Origin: Emiliania huxleyi CCMP1516
Taxonomy: Eukaryota
Assembly: GCF_000372725.1 (NCBI RefSeq)
Contig: NW_005201493.1
Coordinates: 28,092 to 75,595 of the forward strand
DNA length: 47,504 bases
Direction of reading: 5' to 3'
Shown here: piece after piece, positions 1-12,200 of the stretch
Layout of the letters: every line of letters begins with the position of its first letter
Position numbering within the stretch: position 1 is the first letter of the stretch
Notes under the pieces: generated by a model
What the model saw: only the letters and a program-made list of their open reading frames with translations
What the model was told of the DNA's origin: nothing
Databases searched by the model: none
Program-made: the position numbers and the translations under genes

Positions 1-37
1 AACCCCCCCCCCCCCCCCCAAGGACGCCTTGGGCACG

Positions 38-1041
38 ATGGGGGTGTCCGTCCTCCTAGCAGCGGTGCTGACCTTGGGCTGCTCCGCCCTCACCTTTTGG
101 CCCGCCGGTGCGGACCGCGAAGGGAGAGGTGGAGAGTGGGAGGGAGAGGGGTGGGGGGGGGAGGGAGCGGCTGCTCCGCTCAGCACCTTCCATGCTGACG
201 CCCAGTCCCTCTCGTACACACGCAGGCGCGGGCGCCACGCTCCTCGCGACCAACCTCTTGCCGACGCCGCTCGCGGCTTTGCGCTCAGACGCCATCGTGC
301 ACGAGACGGAGACGGCCGACACGATCATGGGCGAGGCGCAGAAGGACTCGGCCAAGGTCTCCACCGCTGCGGATAGCGCCGAGATTCCCGTCACGTTGAA
401 GAGCATCATGGCCGAGTTCGCGGCGTTCAAGAGCGACACCCAGAAGAAGGAGGAGGAGACGCAGAAGAAGGACGCGGCGTTGGCTGACTTCAAGGAGGAG
501 ATGAAGAAGAAGGACGAGATGATCGCCGAGCTACTCGCCGCGCGCAAGAGCAAGACGGACCACAAGCAGGTCCAGATGTCGGCCGGCGGCGAGGTGGTCG
601 AGCTGGTGAGCGCCGAGGACCTCAAGGCGCTGGAGGCGCGCATGCAGGCTGCTGAAGAGCGCGTCGAGGAGTGCGTCGCTCAGAACGCCGCGCAAGACGC
701 CAAGATCGGCGCGCTCCGCGACAAGCCGGCCCCGCCCAACCCGCCGGCGGCCGCGGCTCGCCCGCCGGCAGCGGCGCGGCGGCAGCTCTCCTCCGCGACC
801 GGCGACGAGACCGAGCTCGCCATCACGGGGACGAAAGCGACGCTCTCCTTCAACAGCCGCACGCCCGACCTGACGGCGACCCGCCTGACCGGCGAGGGGG
901 ACGGCAAGCTGACGTGCAGCGGCGAGCTGCACGCGACGGACTTTGTCACAGCGGACGGTGGAAGTGTCACCGAGCAGTTCGAGTCGCTTCGGAAGTTTGT
1001 GGGCATGATGCCGCCGTCGACTCCGCCGACACCGCCGTCCA

Positions 1042-1082
<41 letters not shown>

Positions 1083-1382
1083 ACGCCGCCGCCTGCACCA
1101 CCAGCACCAGCATCGCCGCCCTCCCTCCCGCCTTTTCCGCCGCCGCTCCTGTACGAAAGCTACGGTGGCTGCTATCTCATCACAACGGAGGCCGAGTGTG
1201 TTGCTTCCAAAGATTCACGGTCGTCGTATTTAGACCAGGCGTGCACGTGGTGTTGCGGCTTGACTTGCTTGCCTGCTGTCAATTCGCAGCGGTGTCAACC
1301 GTACGATTGGCTGATGACGCGAAGCGACTACTCAGGAACAGGAAGGAACGGTGCAGGCTACAACACTTGCCCTCCGCAGTAG
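38..1382 (+). CDS. Secreted modular protein: signal peptide, coiled coil, RRQL motif, (P/S)-rich linker, C-terminal Cys-rich module; 2 exons (38-107, 226-1382)
   Basis: ATG38 opens hydrophobic MGVSVLLAAVLTLGCSA. A GT-AG intron at 108-225 (GCTGAC branch-like motif) joins it in phase to ORF 108..1382. A K/E-rich heptad region, PPSPP repeats and a Cys-rich tail follow. Confidence 0.75.
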
Positions 1383-3300
1383 TGTGACACGCACGGGTGT
1401 CGGTGGTAGCGAGTGAGCCGCGCGCGAGAAATCACGCGGCGCGGCTCGGTGGGGGTCGTGATTTCTCGCACAAGGGTTTCGATCAAGACGCCCGTCGAAA
1501 GTGTTACGTGGCTGGGTTCACAGCGATTGTAGGATCTAGGAAAATTGGGAGACCAAACCACGGTCGCGGCGTTCCGACTCGCGCCTCTGGCTCTGCCTCA
1601 CTGGCATGTGGGGTTGGCACTCCCATCGACCCTCATGACCTCCTGCGGTCTCTGAGATGGACACCAGTGGGTGTGGGACCACAGCCAGGATACACTCGAA
1701 GGCTGGGTAAGCAGTAGAGGTCGATACTCGATGCGTCCCACATGGTCCGCCGTCTTCAGTAACTGCATGGACTTTGGGGGTGGGTGCCCCAAGCCCCCAG
1801 CCCTAAGTCCTACTCCGCTACCTACAGCTCAGACCAAAAGCCACTCGAGAGCCAGGGAACGATTATAAGCGGTCTCTCTTTCGCTACGTGTTCGACGGGT
1901 CGTCGAACAACGTTCGACCATGGCACTGGTTCACAGCGCGCGCGGACGGCATTTCTGCGAGTCCCGCTCAGCAGGACTTTTGTAAAGCATGCTTGTGGCA
2001 AGTTATAGACGCTAGTATCGACTTCAGAGACACAAACCCGAATTAATAATTAAGGCTCAAAACATGGTCGAACAACGGTCGAACAAACAGGTCGAACAAC
2101 GAAAAGAGACTAGTGCGACCGCTAGACGGCGGTCTCCGCCCGCCCCAAGGCTGCCCAGTCCCAGTACCACACCGGCCACGTACACCGTAGCGCTGGAGTT
2201 GGTCAGTGAGGCACTAGACGGGCTACGGAACCATGCGCGCGCCGGCCGGATAGGCTGCGCGCAGGGGCCGCGCCGCCTCGATTTCGCACCTCCGCTCCGC
2301 GGCCGGCTGAGGGGCCAGCTCGCCCGGCGACAAGCCCAGACAACGCCCAGCGCCCGGTATCGACGGGGGCCACGCAAAAACCCGCACCTACGACAAGGGT
2401 GAGCACGTGAGGGCGTCGGTGTCGGCCGCAGGCGGGCTGCGAGGAGGGCGCGGGTGGGAGCATGGGAGATGCACCACCGCTCGACGAAGACGCGCCCGAC
2501 GAAGCCCTGCTAGCGGAGGATGGTCGATTATCACCGAATAGCGTCGGGCGTGTGCGAAAAAGAGCGCAAACCGGAGCTCAACACTCGCGCGCGGCTGGGA
2601 AAGGGGTGTGGCACCCCTCCGAAGGCGCCTCGCGAGGAGCTGCTGCTGCCGCCAAACGCGCTCGGGCAGCACGTCGGCGCGCCTGCGGGGTTGGGGAGGT
2701 GAAACTATGCTTGCTGGCACGCGCATCCCGCACCACCCCCACGTCCGCGCGCACCATGCCGCCATCCCACCTCACAGCCAAGCGCCATCGCCGTCGGACG
2801 CGGCGACGCCGAGCGGTGGCCTCGCAGACGACGAGCGCGATGAGGCCGCCGCGCCGCCGGGGTGGCCGGCGCGTGCCAGCCGCTGGCCCGTCCAGCGTGG
2901 CGGGACCGGCTCGCCCATCCTGGCCCGCGCGCTTGCCGACGCGAGAAGATCGCGCGAGAGGGCAAAATGTGGGCAAAATGGCCTGTTTGCCCACCCTTCA
3001 CGGCGACTTCACGTCAGAACGAGTCGGATCGACGACTCGCCGCCTGCACCAGCATGTGCGCCTCGCCATTCTATACAGAATCGACACTTAGTACGTCACC
3101 TGAATCGCTCGTGGAGAGAGGAGCTACGGCCATTCTCCACTTGTGTTCGACGACGTCGTACATTGTTCGACGNNNNNNNNNNNNNNNNNNNNNNNNNNNN
3201 NNNNNNNNNNNNNNNNNNNNNNNNNNNNNNNNNNNNNNNNNNNNNNNNNNNNNNNNNNNNNNNNNNNNNNNNTGCACCCAGTCATATAGAAATGTCACCA

Positions 3301-3697
3301 TAAATAAATAAATACAACGGACATCCCAAGCTAGGGCTGGGTCGAGGACAGACACGTCCCCACCTTTGCAGGATTTTGCAAAAGCGAGGGGGGAGGGCGC
3401 ATCGCCGCGCGGAGAGGGCTGGGCACAGGGCACAGGGGATCTCTCTCGCATAGGATATGCACTCGGCGGCACGAGGGCAAGGCTGGGCGTCCTATGTTTG
3501 TGCTCCCCCCCGGACCCCTCGCTCTCGGGCACTAACCATCTGACCACTCATCGACGGGGCTTGGCGAGCGGCCGCGCTGCGGGGCAGGGCTGGTGAGAAT
3601 GGGCTCTGGCCACTCGCCCGTGCGGTTGTAACCCCGCATCTGTCGGACAGAGGCCTCGACCGCCCCTCGCGGCAAGCTCTCGAGCATCTCGAGCAGC
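3301..3697 (-). mobile_element. Short non-LTR retroposed element (SINE-like or 5'-truncated LINE) with (TTTA)n tail and 14-bp TSD
   Basis: The direct repeat TAGAAATGTCACCA lies at 3287-3300 and 3698-3711. TAAATAAATAAATA abuts the left TSD. Related termini occur at 30874 and 42081. Confidence 0.8.
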
Positions 3698-3739
3698 TAG
3701 AAATGTCACCACGCCACAATCGATTTCGGCGACGAATTC

Positions 3740-4927
3740 TTGTCGCTCGCGCTCGAGCTACAGCGGCTTGCGAACGTGATCAAACTCTGCTTCAAGGACT
3801 TCCCTACGCACTTCACGAGGTTCTTCAGGGACTGCGAGAACGACGGGATTGCCATCCTCCAGAAGCTTCCAACCGTCCAGTACACCGAGGAAGAGAGCGC
3901 GATCGTGATCAACGCCGCGTCGAACTTTATTCTCACTGGCGCGCCTCCGCTTCTCAACAATGACACCTTCGACGACTGGACAAGGGACTTCGAGAAGACG
4001 CAGCGGCGCGTCCCACCTGCTCTGCGCGTCATCGCCTCCGACACCGCCAAGATACAGAGGATCGACCATCTCTTCGTCACTCAACCCGACATCTCCAACG
4101 ATTGGCGGACCCACATCAGGGTCGAGAGGTACATCAAGAAGGAGAGTGGCGAGGCCGTATCCTACGAGTGGTACGTCGAGCAGGCAGAGTCTTTCCTCCG
4201 CCGTCGAGCCGCCCAAGACGCGCTGCGTGAAACCTGTCTACGACCTTCGGCACATCGGGATGGTTCGTCAAGTGGCAGGGAGCTACGATCAATTGGGGGT
4301 CGAAAAAGCAGCCCTGCGTCGCCCTCTCGTCGTGCGAGGCTGAGATCATCTCGCTGTCCGAGGCGACGAAGGACATGGTCTACTTTCGCCGTCTGGTCTC
4401 CGACCTCGACCCCGGCGCCGTCGACGGTCCCTCGGAGGTCAGCACCGACAACAAGGGCGCGCGCGACGTCGCCTACAATCCCGAACACCACGGTCGCATG
4501 AAGCACGTCGAGCGGCGTCACTTCTTCGTGCGCGACATGGTGGAGAAGTTCGAGATTCGCGTCCCCTGGATCGAGGGCGAAGGCAATGTGAGCGACTTCC
4601 TTACGAAGCCGCTCGCGAGCTCGACGCGGTTCTTCAAACTTCGCGACGAGATTATGAATGTGCGCGGCCAGACCGCTCACGTCGTGTGCGGTGCCCGCTT
4701 TGCGTGAGCGATCCCGCGCCCGCGAGGTCCAATCTCGCATTGTGTCATTCACGCTTCGGGCAGCCGGGTTGCCGCTTTCGACCTCCCCTGGTCTCAATCG
4801 GGGGGGGGCGTCGCTGCCCGGGGATTGATCTCCCACTCTTGTGTGTCATTACCCATTCACGCTCTCTCGTGTGTCATTACCCGATCCCAATTACTGGGGA
4901 TTGGGTTCGTATATTCATTCAACGACG
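3740..4927 (+). mobile_element. Internally deleted Ty1/copia LTR retrotransposon: gag-like fragment, RNase H C-terminus, PPT, candidate 3' LTR
   Basis: Frame 4252-4707 reads TSGWFVKWQGATINWGSKKQPCVALSSCEAE...TDNKGA...KHVERRHFFVRD...NVSDFLTKPL, matching copia RNase H. A G-run PPT sits at 4800-4808, followed by 4809-4927 bounded by CGTCGCTG/CAACGACG. The gag call for 3740-4250 rests on position only. Confidence 0.85.
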
Positions 4928-5198
4928 AAGTCGAACAAAGGGTGTGCGATCGCTCCTGCGTGCACTGCCCGGACTCGTCGCCTGGGACGGCGGCTGTGGA
5001 CCCGCCTCCCAACCACGCCACGCCCTTACAATCATACGCATAAAAAACCCGGACTCAAGCAAAAACCTGACTTTCTCTCTCTCGGCCTGTAAGAAAGGAC
5101 AGGTCGGCTCTCTCCGTTCCCGCTTTCCGCTCCCTCTCCACGCCCTCTCCTCGCGCTCCATCGTTCTCGGCCAGAATTGAATCATCCCCATTCGAGCG

Positions 5199-7121
5199 AT
5201 GTGCGGCTTCTTCTCGCCTCCTCCGCCTCCTCCGCCGGCGGCGGCCGCGCTGCTGACGCAGGTCATCGAGGCAGCGCCGCCTCTCTTCAGCTTCCAGTTT
5301 GGCATGGCGATGCTCGTGCTGGCGCTTTCGCTTACGCTGATGCCGCTCATCCGGGAGCGGCTGCGGGGCGGCGGAGACGCCGCCGCCACGGCGCGGCCGG
5401 CGGCCGAAGGCGACGAGGGCGAGGGCGACAGCGACGGCGAGGGCGACGACGAGGGTGACGACGAGCACCTCGGGTGGGTGCTGGCGGAGAGGCTGCGGAA
5501 CGCGCGCTTCGACCCTCGCGAGATGGTGGCGTCGGTCATCTCTCAGCTCGGCGAGTCCGCCTTCCTCGTCGTCTCCTCCTTCCTCGCCGTCGCCGCAGTC
5601 GGCCTTCAGACAGCCTCGCGGTGGGGCAGGCAGACGATGACTGGCAGGACCGTGGCGTGGAGCGCAAACGAGAAGGTCAAGGTGCTCGTCGCGTCGGCAA
5701 AGGCGCAGCCCAACACCGAGAACGAGAGCGAGATCGAGCGAGATCGAGCGAGCTTGCTCCGGGCCGTAGCGTGAGGGGAGGAGGAGGAGCCGAGGAGGAG
5801 GAGGAGAGATGCCTCGCCCTCCCTTGCTCCTAGATAGCTCCGCCCTCCCGGCTCCGCCCCTCAGGCGCGCGCAGAGGAGGCGTCCCTCCGCTCGATGGCG
5901 CTGCGCGCCTTCCGCGACGCCGACATCTCCGGCGACGGCAGATGCGGGCCGCGCTCTTTCCTCGGCACACGTCCACGACACGTCCGGGACGCGTCCTCAT
6001 AGGCGACGGGGAGGTGGGCCGGTGCCGGGGTCTCGTGGACGTGTCATGGACGTGTCGTGGACGCGTAGGCGACGGGGAGGTGGACCATGCCGAGGTCTAC
6101 TGCGTGGTGCTCAAGCTGTATCTGCAGCTGCGCGCGCTGGCGGTGGTGACGCCGCCTTCGCGCGATCACGTTCTCAAGCTCGCCAAGCGCTTCGACCTCG
6201 ACGGCGCGAGACCTCCTCATATCTCCCCATATCTCCCCATGTCTCCCCATATCTCCGGCCTCGACGGCGCGAGACCTCCTCATATCTCCCCATATCTCCC
6301 CATGTCTCCCCATATCTCCGACCTCGACGGCGCGAGACCTCCTCATATCTCCCCATATCTCCCCATGTCTCCCCATATCTCCGACCTCGACGGCGCGAGA
6401 CCTCCGGAGAGGAGCTGCCCGAGAGGAGCTGCCCAGCCCAGACCCGCCCCCGCAGGCTCGGGCCACCTCGGAGAGGAGGAGTTCGTGTTGTTCGTCTCGG
6501 TCCTCTTTGAGAACGTCGCCGCCCGCGTCGCCGCGCAGGCCCCCGCAGGACGGGGGAGGGGTGGGGCAGGGCGGGGAGAGGTCGGGGGAGAGAGAGCAGT
6601 CTGAAACATCGGGGGGTAAGGCGGGGGTTGGAAGGGGAGTCGGGGGACGCCGTTGAGCCGAGCGGTGGTCGCCCGTGCTCGGCTGCACTTCGGCCGCACC
6701 TCGGCTGCACCTCGGCCGCACCTCCCTCCCCCGCAGGTCTCGCTCGCCGGCCTCCTCTCTCCGTATCTCGCGGCGCGCGCCATCATGCGGGCGGTCGACT
6801 CGCCGTCGGTGATGGAGGGGGCGCGATCGCTGACGCCAGGCGTCGCGGCGCCATACTTGAGCCGAGATATGGGGAGATATGGGGAGATATGGGGAGATAT
6901 GACGCCAGGCGTGGCGGCGCCATACTTGAGCCGCCCGAGATTACGCGATATTACGCGAGATTACCCGAGATTAGGCGTGGCGGCGCCATACTTAAGCCGA
7001 GCCGTGGTCGAGACGGCGACCACCGCCGCGCTGGTCGCGATCCTTGTCCCCTTCACGCTCGGGATCGTCGACGAGGTCTGCGCCGCCAGACAGACACACA
7101 GACACACAGACACAGACACAG

Positions 7122-7184
<63 letters not shown>

Positions 7185-7521
7185 NNNNNNNNNNNNNNNN
7201 NNNNNNNNNNNNNNNNNNNNNNNNNNNNNNNNNNNNNNNNNNNNNNNNNNNNNNNNNNNNNNNNNNNNNNNNNNNNNNNNNNNNCGCGCCTTCGCGGCGG
7301 CTGCCTCCTCCTTGCGCCTCTTGCGCCGCAGCTCGCGCCCAATCTTGGCGGCGGCGCGGCGGTCAAAGACCTGGGCCGGCGGCGGCGGGTGGGGCAGCGG
7401 CGGGTGGAGTCTGCGGCTGCCGTGGTGCATCGGCGAGCGGAGGTCCTCCTCGCCCAGCAGCCCAACAACCTCGCCACTCGCGCCGGCGGCACAGGGCAGC
7501 CTCCCGGCGCTGAAGCAGTAG
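5199..7521 (+). CDS. Multi-exon EF-hand-containing membrane protein (3' exon structure uncertain; spans a gap)
   Basis: The spliced reading gives two EF-hand-like loops, DISG|DGEVDHAE and DLDG|SGHLGEEE, plus hydrophobic segments near the N-terminus and at about 7020-7075. Introns are repeat-filled with GC-type donors. Confidence 0.6.
6194..6404. repeat. Intronic 63-bp tandem repeat (about 3.3 copies) built from an exon-end copy plus ATCTCCCCAT 10-mers
   Basis: CCTCGACGGCGCGAGACCTCC recurs at 6196, 6259, 6322 and 6385. Confidence 0.9.
7088..7184. repeat. (CA)n/(CAGA) microsatellite running into an assembly gap
   Basis: Directly visible in the sequence. Confidence 0.95.
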
Positions 7522-8141
7522 CGCCTGTGCGAGCTGCATGAGCTCGCATGCGCCGCGCTTGGGGGTTGGCTCGGTGCCTGCTGCCTGGCTCGCTGCGCCC
7601 CGGGCCCAGGGAGACCGTCAGCGTCACATAGCAGTCGTCAGCGGGGGCGGATTCCGGTTTCCGCGCTCCTCCCCGTCCTCGCGCGGCGCCCCGTCTCGCG
7701 GTTTTTCGCCAAAGCCGAAAGCGCAAGGCAAAGGCCAAAAAGCAATTATCGTCACAATCGTTATGGCCCTGGACTCAGATGAGAGAGATGTACCACGACA
7801 ATAGCCCACACAATGTAGTAAGAGAGCCACACGCCACACGGCATCAAATAGAGACTCGAGTACACTCAGAAGTCAGATCTCAGTCAGCGGGCCTCGCGCG
7901 GTCGCGGTGCGCTTTGACTGTGTCAAACAGGGTGCCCGCTCCTGTCCCCTTGTGCGGGGCAGCGGGCAAGCCCTGCCCAAGCATCGAGAATCACACGCGA
8001 ACCTTTTCGGACCGGATGGGGAGGGAGGGAGAGAGAGACCAGCAGGGCGCCCGAAGAGTCCGAGGCGCGTGGCGGGGCGAGCGCACTGTCGCGGAGTCTC
8101 GGAGTAGCGAGTACGCGGGCGACGATGCGCCTCTCCCACCC

Positions 8142-9115
8142 TCACACGGATGCCTCCTCGGCCAGCGCCAACCGCACAATGTCGGACGAGGTGATGATGC
8201 CCACGAGCCGGCCGACCGGGTTGACCACGCACAGCCGGTTGTGCCGCGCCTGTGCAGTGGGTCTGCCGTGAGGCGGCTGCCAGAGGCGCAAAGGCGGACC
8301 CTCGGGCATCCCGCGCCGGAGAGCCATGCAGTCGCGTCTACAGTCCGGCTACACCCCGCGCTCTCCCTCTCTCCCTCTCGCCTTGAGCATGCGCGCCGCC
8401 GCCTCCTGCATCGTCGCCGTCTCCTCGATGCAGGCCGGCGAGCGAGACATTGCAGACGCGACCGTCTCCGCCTGCAGGAAGGCTCCGAGGCGGCTCAGGG
8501 AAGGCTCATGGAGACAGGTCAACGAGAGGCCCGCTGCGCCTCAATCTTGCGCAGCCGCACCGTGTTCTCCGCGTACCGCACGCTCGCCGCGCCCTCGCCA
8601 CCGAGCTTGAGCGAGGCGCGGCCGGCGACCTCGCAACAGCAGAGGAGGCGCGGGTCAGGACTGCGGCGCTGGCTCTGGTGTGGCGGGAGGGAAGAAGGGA
8701 ATGGAGCAAGACACCAACTAGTTCTCTCTCGCGCGCGCGCGCGTAGCTCGCGGTGCATCTCTCTGCCGAGTCTCTCTGCCGGCACCTTGTACAGCAGGTC
8801 CGTCTGGGAGAGGATACCGACGACTTTGCCGTCGTCCAGGACGGGCGCGCCGGTGATCCCGGAGGCGTCGAGGATGCGCGCCGCCGACATCAGGTCGTCC
8901 TCGGGCTTGAGGAATACGACGTCAGCCTTCATGAAGCGAGACACGATCTCATCGTGGCCCGGCCAGTTCTGCTCCTTCCGGCCCATGAAGCCGAGCCAAG
9001 AGGGCCGCTCGGCGAGCAAGCAGGGCTGCGGCGAGCGCGCGGCACGACCGCCCAGCGCGGGCCTCGAGGCGGGGAGCGCGATCAGAGCGGCGGTCGTCCA
9101 CAGTAACATGAACAT
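8142..9115 (-). CDS. CBS-domain pair protein, probably plastid-targeted (CBSX-like), about 4 exons
   Basis: Signal-like N-terminus MFMLLWTTAALIALPA. CBS1 reads VSRFMKADVVFLKPEDDL...GITGAPVLDDGKVVGILSQTDLL. CBS2 reads TVASAMSRSPACIEETATMQEAA...RLCVVNPVGRLVGIITSSDIV. Confidence 0.85.
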
Positions 9116-9210
9116 GCGGCTCGGTGTCGCTCAATGATTGCAGCGACGACTTGGCGCCGGATTTCTTTTTCCGAGTCCAGAAACACGCGCTGGTTGCTCC
9201 TCCGTTTGTA

Positions 9211-12200
9211 TCTACCCTTATAAGTCTCTCGTGTCGGCGCCGACGCTCTTGGTTTAACCGTAGAACGTCCCAGCCGAAATCCGCCCGCCACGATCGATCA
9301 GTCCACAATCGTCGGCCCCCAGCGACCCGCAGCGATGGATGCCGCCGCCCCCCCGCCCCCTGCGGCTGACGCGCCGATGCACGACCGGCCTCCGTGGGAT
9401 GGCTCTCCGGCCTCTCCGGCCGCTGACGCGGCCGCCCATGCTGCTGCCGATCCGGTCCCTCTCACGCTCAGCGATATCCGCACAAGCTACGACAACTTCG
9501 AGGTCGCCGGCTTTGGCCAGGTGCAGCCACCACCTGCTTGCCTCCATGTTCACGCTTCGCGCCCCTTCCCCCCCTCTGACGCCGCCGTATGACCGTAGGT
9601 GAGGGGCACGACTACCCGCCTGGAAGGCGCTCTCATCAGCAAGTCACCCAGGCACCAACTCCTGGGCGTTTACGCTTGACTACGAAACCATGCAGTGGAT
9701 GCAGCTCGATCAAACCGGCGACGCCAACAGCTGGTCCCTGGGCGAGTTCCTCGCCCAGGATGAGGTGCGAGTCATGATGCTCGACCCAGCGTGCACCAAG
9801 TCGCTCACATTCCGTGAGTTCGTCAACGGGCCGAACACACTCTCCAAGTCGACTGCGATCTCGGACTCCGACAACTGGACCGGTGCACCAGCCGCGGAGG
9901 ACGATGGCTCCCTCGACGACATCCCTTCATCGACGGACGCCTTCACCGCCGCCGGCCCTGGGCCATCCAGCGCGGCCTCCGACGGCCTGCACGTGATCGA
10001 GCGGGTACAGAAACGGTGGCTGCCCAGCTCACACCCTAATCGATCTGCCTTAGGCACGGAGCCAACGGAGCCATCGCGCATGCCCGCATCGCGTGCGGCT
10101 CCGAGGTCTCCCGCCGAGACCGGCTCGGCGCGGCGCGTGGCCGCACGCCGCCGTTGAAAAGGCGAGATAGGACCGAGGGGAGAGCGCCGGCCACATCGAG
10201 CGAGCGCTGACGTGTAAGGTGTCTGTGCTGCTCCGGTGTGTGTGGGATTCTGCCTCCCCCCCATCTGTGCGGCGAGTTGTTTGCGGCGCGATGCCCGATC
10301 GTGCGCGATAGCCTCCCATTGTGCGTGGTGTGTCGGTGTGTCGGGGTCGTCCGGAGCGTGTGGCGGCGCCGTTGCCATCAGCGACTGCTCCACGTGCCAC
10401 GACTGCTTTGACTGACGTGACTGACTGTGATGAGACATGAGAGCTGATGCGTGATGGATGATCTCCGACAACCCAAAACCAAAATGAAAATGCGGAGTGG
10501 CCCACTTTGGCGTGCAGATCCTGCGTCTCTCACTGCCCGAACAACAGAGACGGGTACCGCCGCAGGTCCCACACTAGTCTTCAATACGAGTTTTATCAGA
10601 AGACCCTGGAAGACCCTCGACGCTGCAGCGTCCAATATATAAAGGCCGCAGCGAGGTCCGGTAGAACTTCGCTGGCCCGCCGCGTGGAGCCCGTCGCAGC
10701 ACATCGCCGCACCACTGTGGACCAGACAGGGCCGAGATGACGGCCTGCGGCCAGGCCGGCAGGAAAACCGTCTCTGTGCGAGCGCGTCGCCGCGTGCAGG
10801 AGAAGCAACGACTCGCCAACCGGCCTCTCGCTGTGTCTCCGCCGCCGCAACTCCGCCGCGGTCCGTCTGTGGGGTGGTTTGGGCAGCTGAGTACGAACTG
10901 CGGGATGGCGTGCGGGCTTCTCCTTTTTGCTGTATTCCTCGGTTGCCTGCCATCCGTCGGCGGCACGGCAACCGTCCCCGTCAGCCGCACCGTCGTCCGC
11001 GGCCGCCACATCCTCACGAGGAAGGAGTACCTCGACACCTTTGCTGGCGACACGGCTGGGTGGGCACAATACATGGAGGACCAGTACTTTGCCGAGCAGG
11101 GCGTGTCCCTCACGGCCGACGCCGAGGAGCGAGTCAGCAACAAGCCAGGGGAGACGCTCGGTCAGGCGAAGAGCCGGCTCTTCTTCAATCGCGTCCGCAA
11201 ACCAAACATGCATCCAACCGAGCTCAGCCAGGCCGCAAACCAGTCCCGAGTGCAGAGGAAGCGAGAGAGCCCTGAGCAGCGCGACAAGGGAAAGCGAGAC
11301 GACCGCACACGGCGGCAGACCAAAAGGGCGAGGCAGGCTGCCGCTCGCCCCGCCCGCCGCGCCTCCGAAATACTCAATGGCTCGCTGCTGGTCGAGGGGA
11401 GCGACGTTGGCAAGTGCGCCCGCCGTGATGCCGCCCGGCCGCACTCTGCGCGATCCTAACACGTGCTACTTTCTTCATACCGTAGGCTCGCTCTCACAAA
11501 GGAAGAGCAGAGCACCTCCACCACGTGCGCTGGCTGTGGCGCCGAGCTGCTTCCAGGCGAGGTCACCTCGTCCAACCCTACTTACGGCTCCATATGCTGC
11601 AAGAAGAACAAGGTCTCGCTCCCGCCCATCTGCATGCCCTGTCCGGAAGTCACCAAATTGTGGCACGATGCTGATGGCGTCGTCGGCAAGACACTTCGGA
11701 AGTTTGCCCGCGCCATCAACAACACGCTAGCATTCGCCTCGCAAAAGGTCAAGCGGCCGAACAATCTTCCGGGCTCAAGCACGTGGAGTCCGACCGTCGT
11801 GATCCAGGGCAGAGTCCACCACTTCATCGGGTCCCTCGCTCCGAATGACAACCAGTCGAAACAATTCGTTCAGACGTACATCAATGACCCGTCCATGAGC
11901 GAATGCCAACAGATCGACTATCGAATGGGCGCGATCTACCTGCCAGCCGATACGTCTCAAGCCGAGAAGGAACGTGTCCGTGAATGCCTCGAGATCATGC
12001 AAAAGGCGATCACCGAGCACAACCCGTACGTCCAAGACTTTGTCAAGGTAAGCGCCGTGCTGCGTGTGCCGCGCTGCTAATGAACCATATTGACTTATTA
12101 TTTCGCGTCCTCCTCGTAGGCCTACGAGCGTACGGGCGGCAACGAGACCAAGGCCAAGATTGTCATCAACGCCGACGCTCGTCCTCCGCCCCCTCCCGGC

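Noticed and set aside
1311..1335. Hammerhead core CTGATGA followed by a small stem
   Set aside because: It lacks the GAAA core and lies inside a coding exon. Other CTGATGA hits (about 19178, 23271, 43674) also fail.
3556..3705. HDV-like ribozyme (GGGGCTTG/CAAGCTCT P1-like helix, CCCTCG loop)
   Set aside because: There is no G after P1' for P1.1 and no P2 partner, and it lies on the strand opposite to the inferred element polarity.
6194..6404. CRISPR-like repeat/spacer pattern
   Set aside because: The 'spacers' are identical satellite units inside a eukaryotic intron, and no cas genes are present.
7779..9137. Long Arg/Ala/Pro-rich ORFs here and elsewhere (for example 11775-13190 minus, 31138-32514 plus)
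   Set aside because: These are antisense or off-frame shadows of real genes in high-GC DNA.
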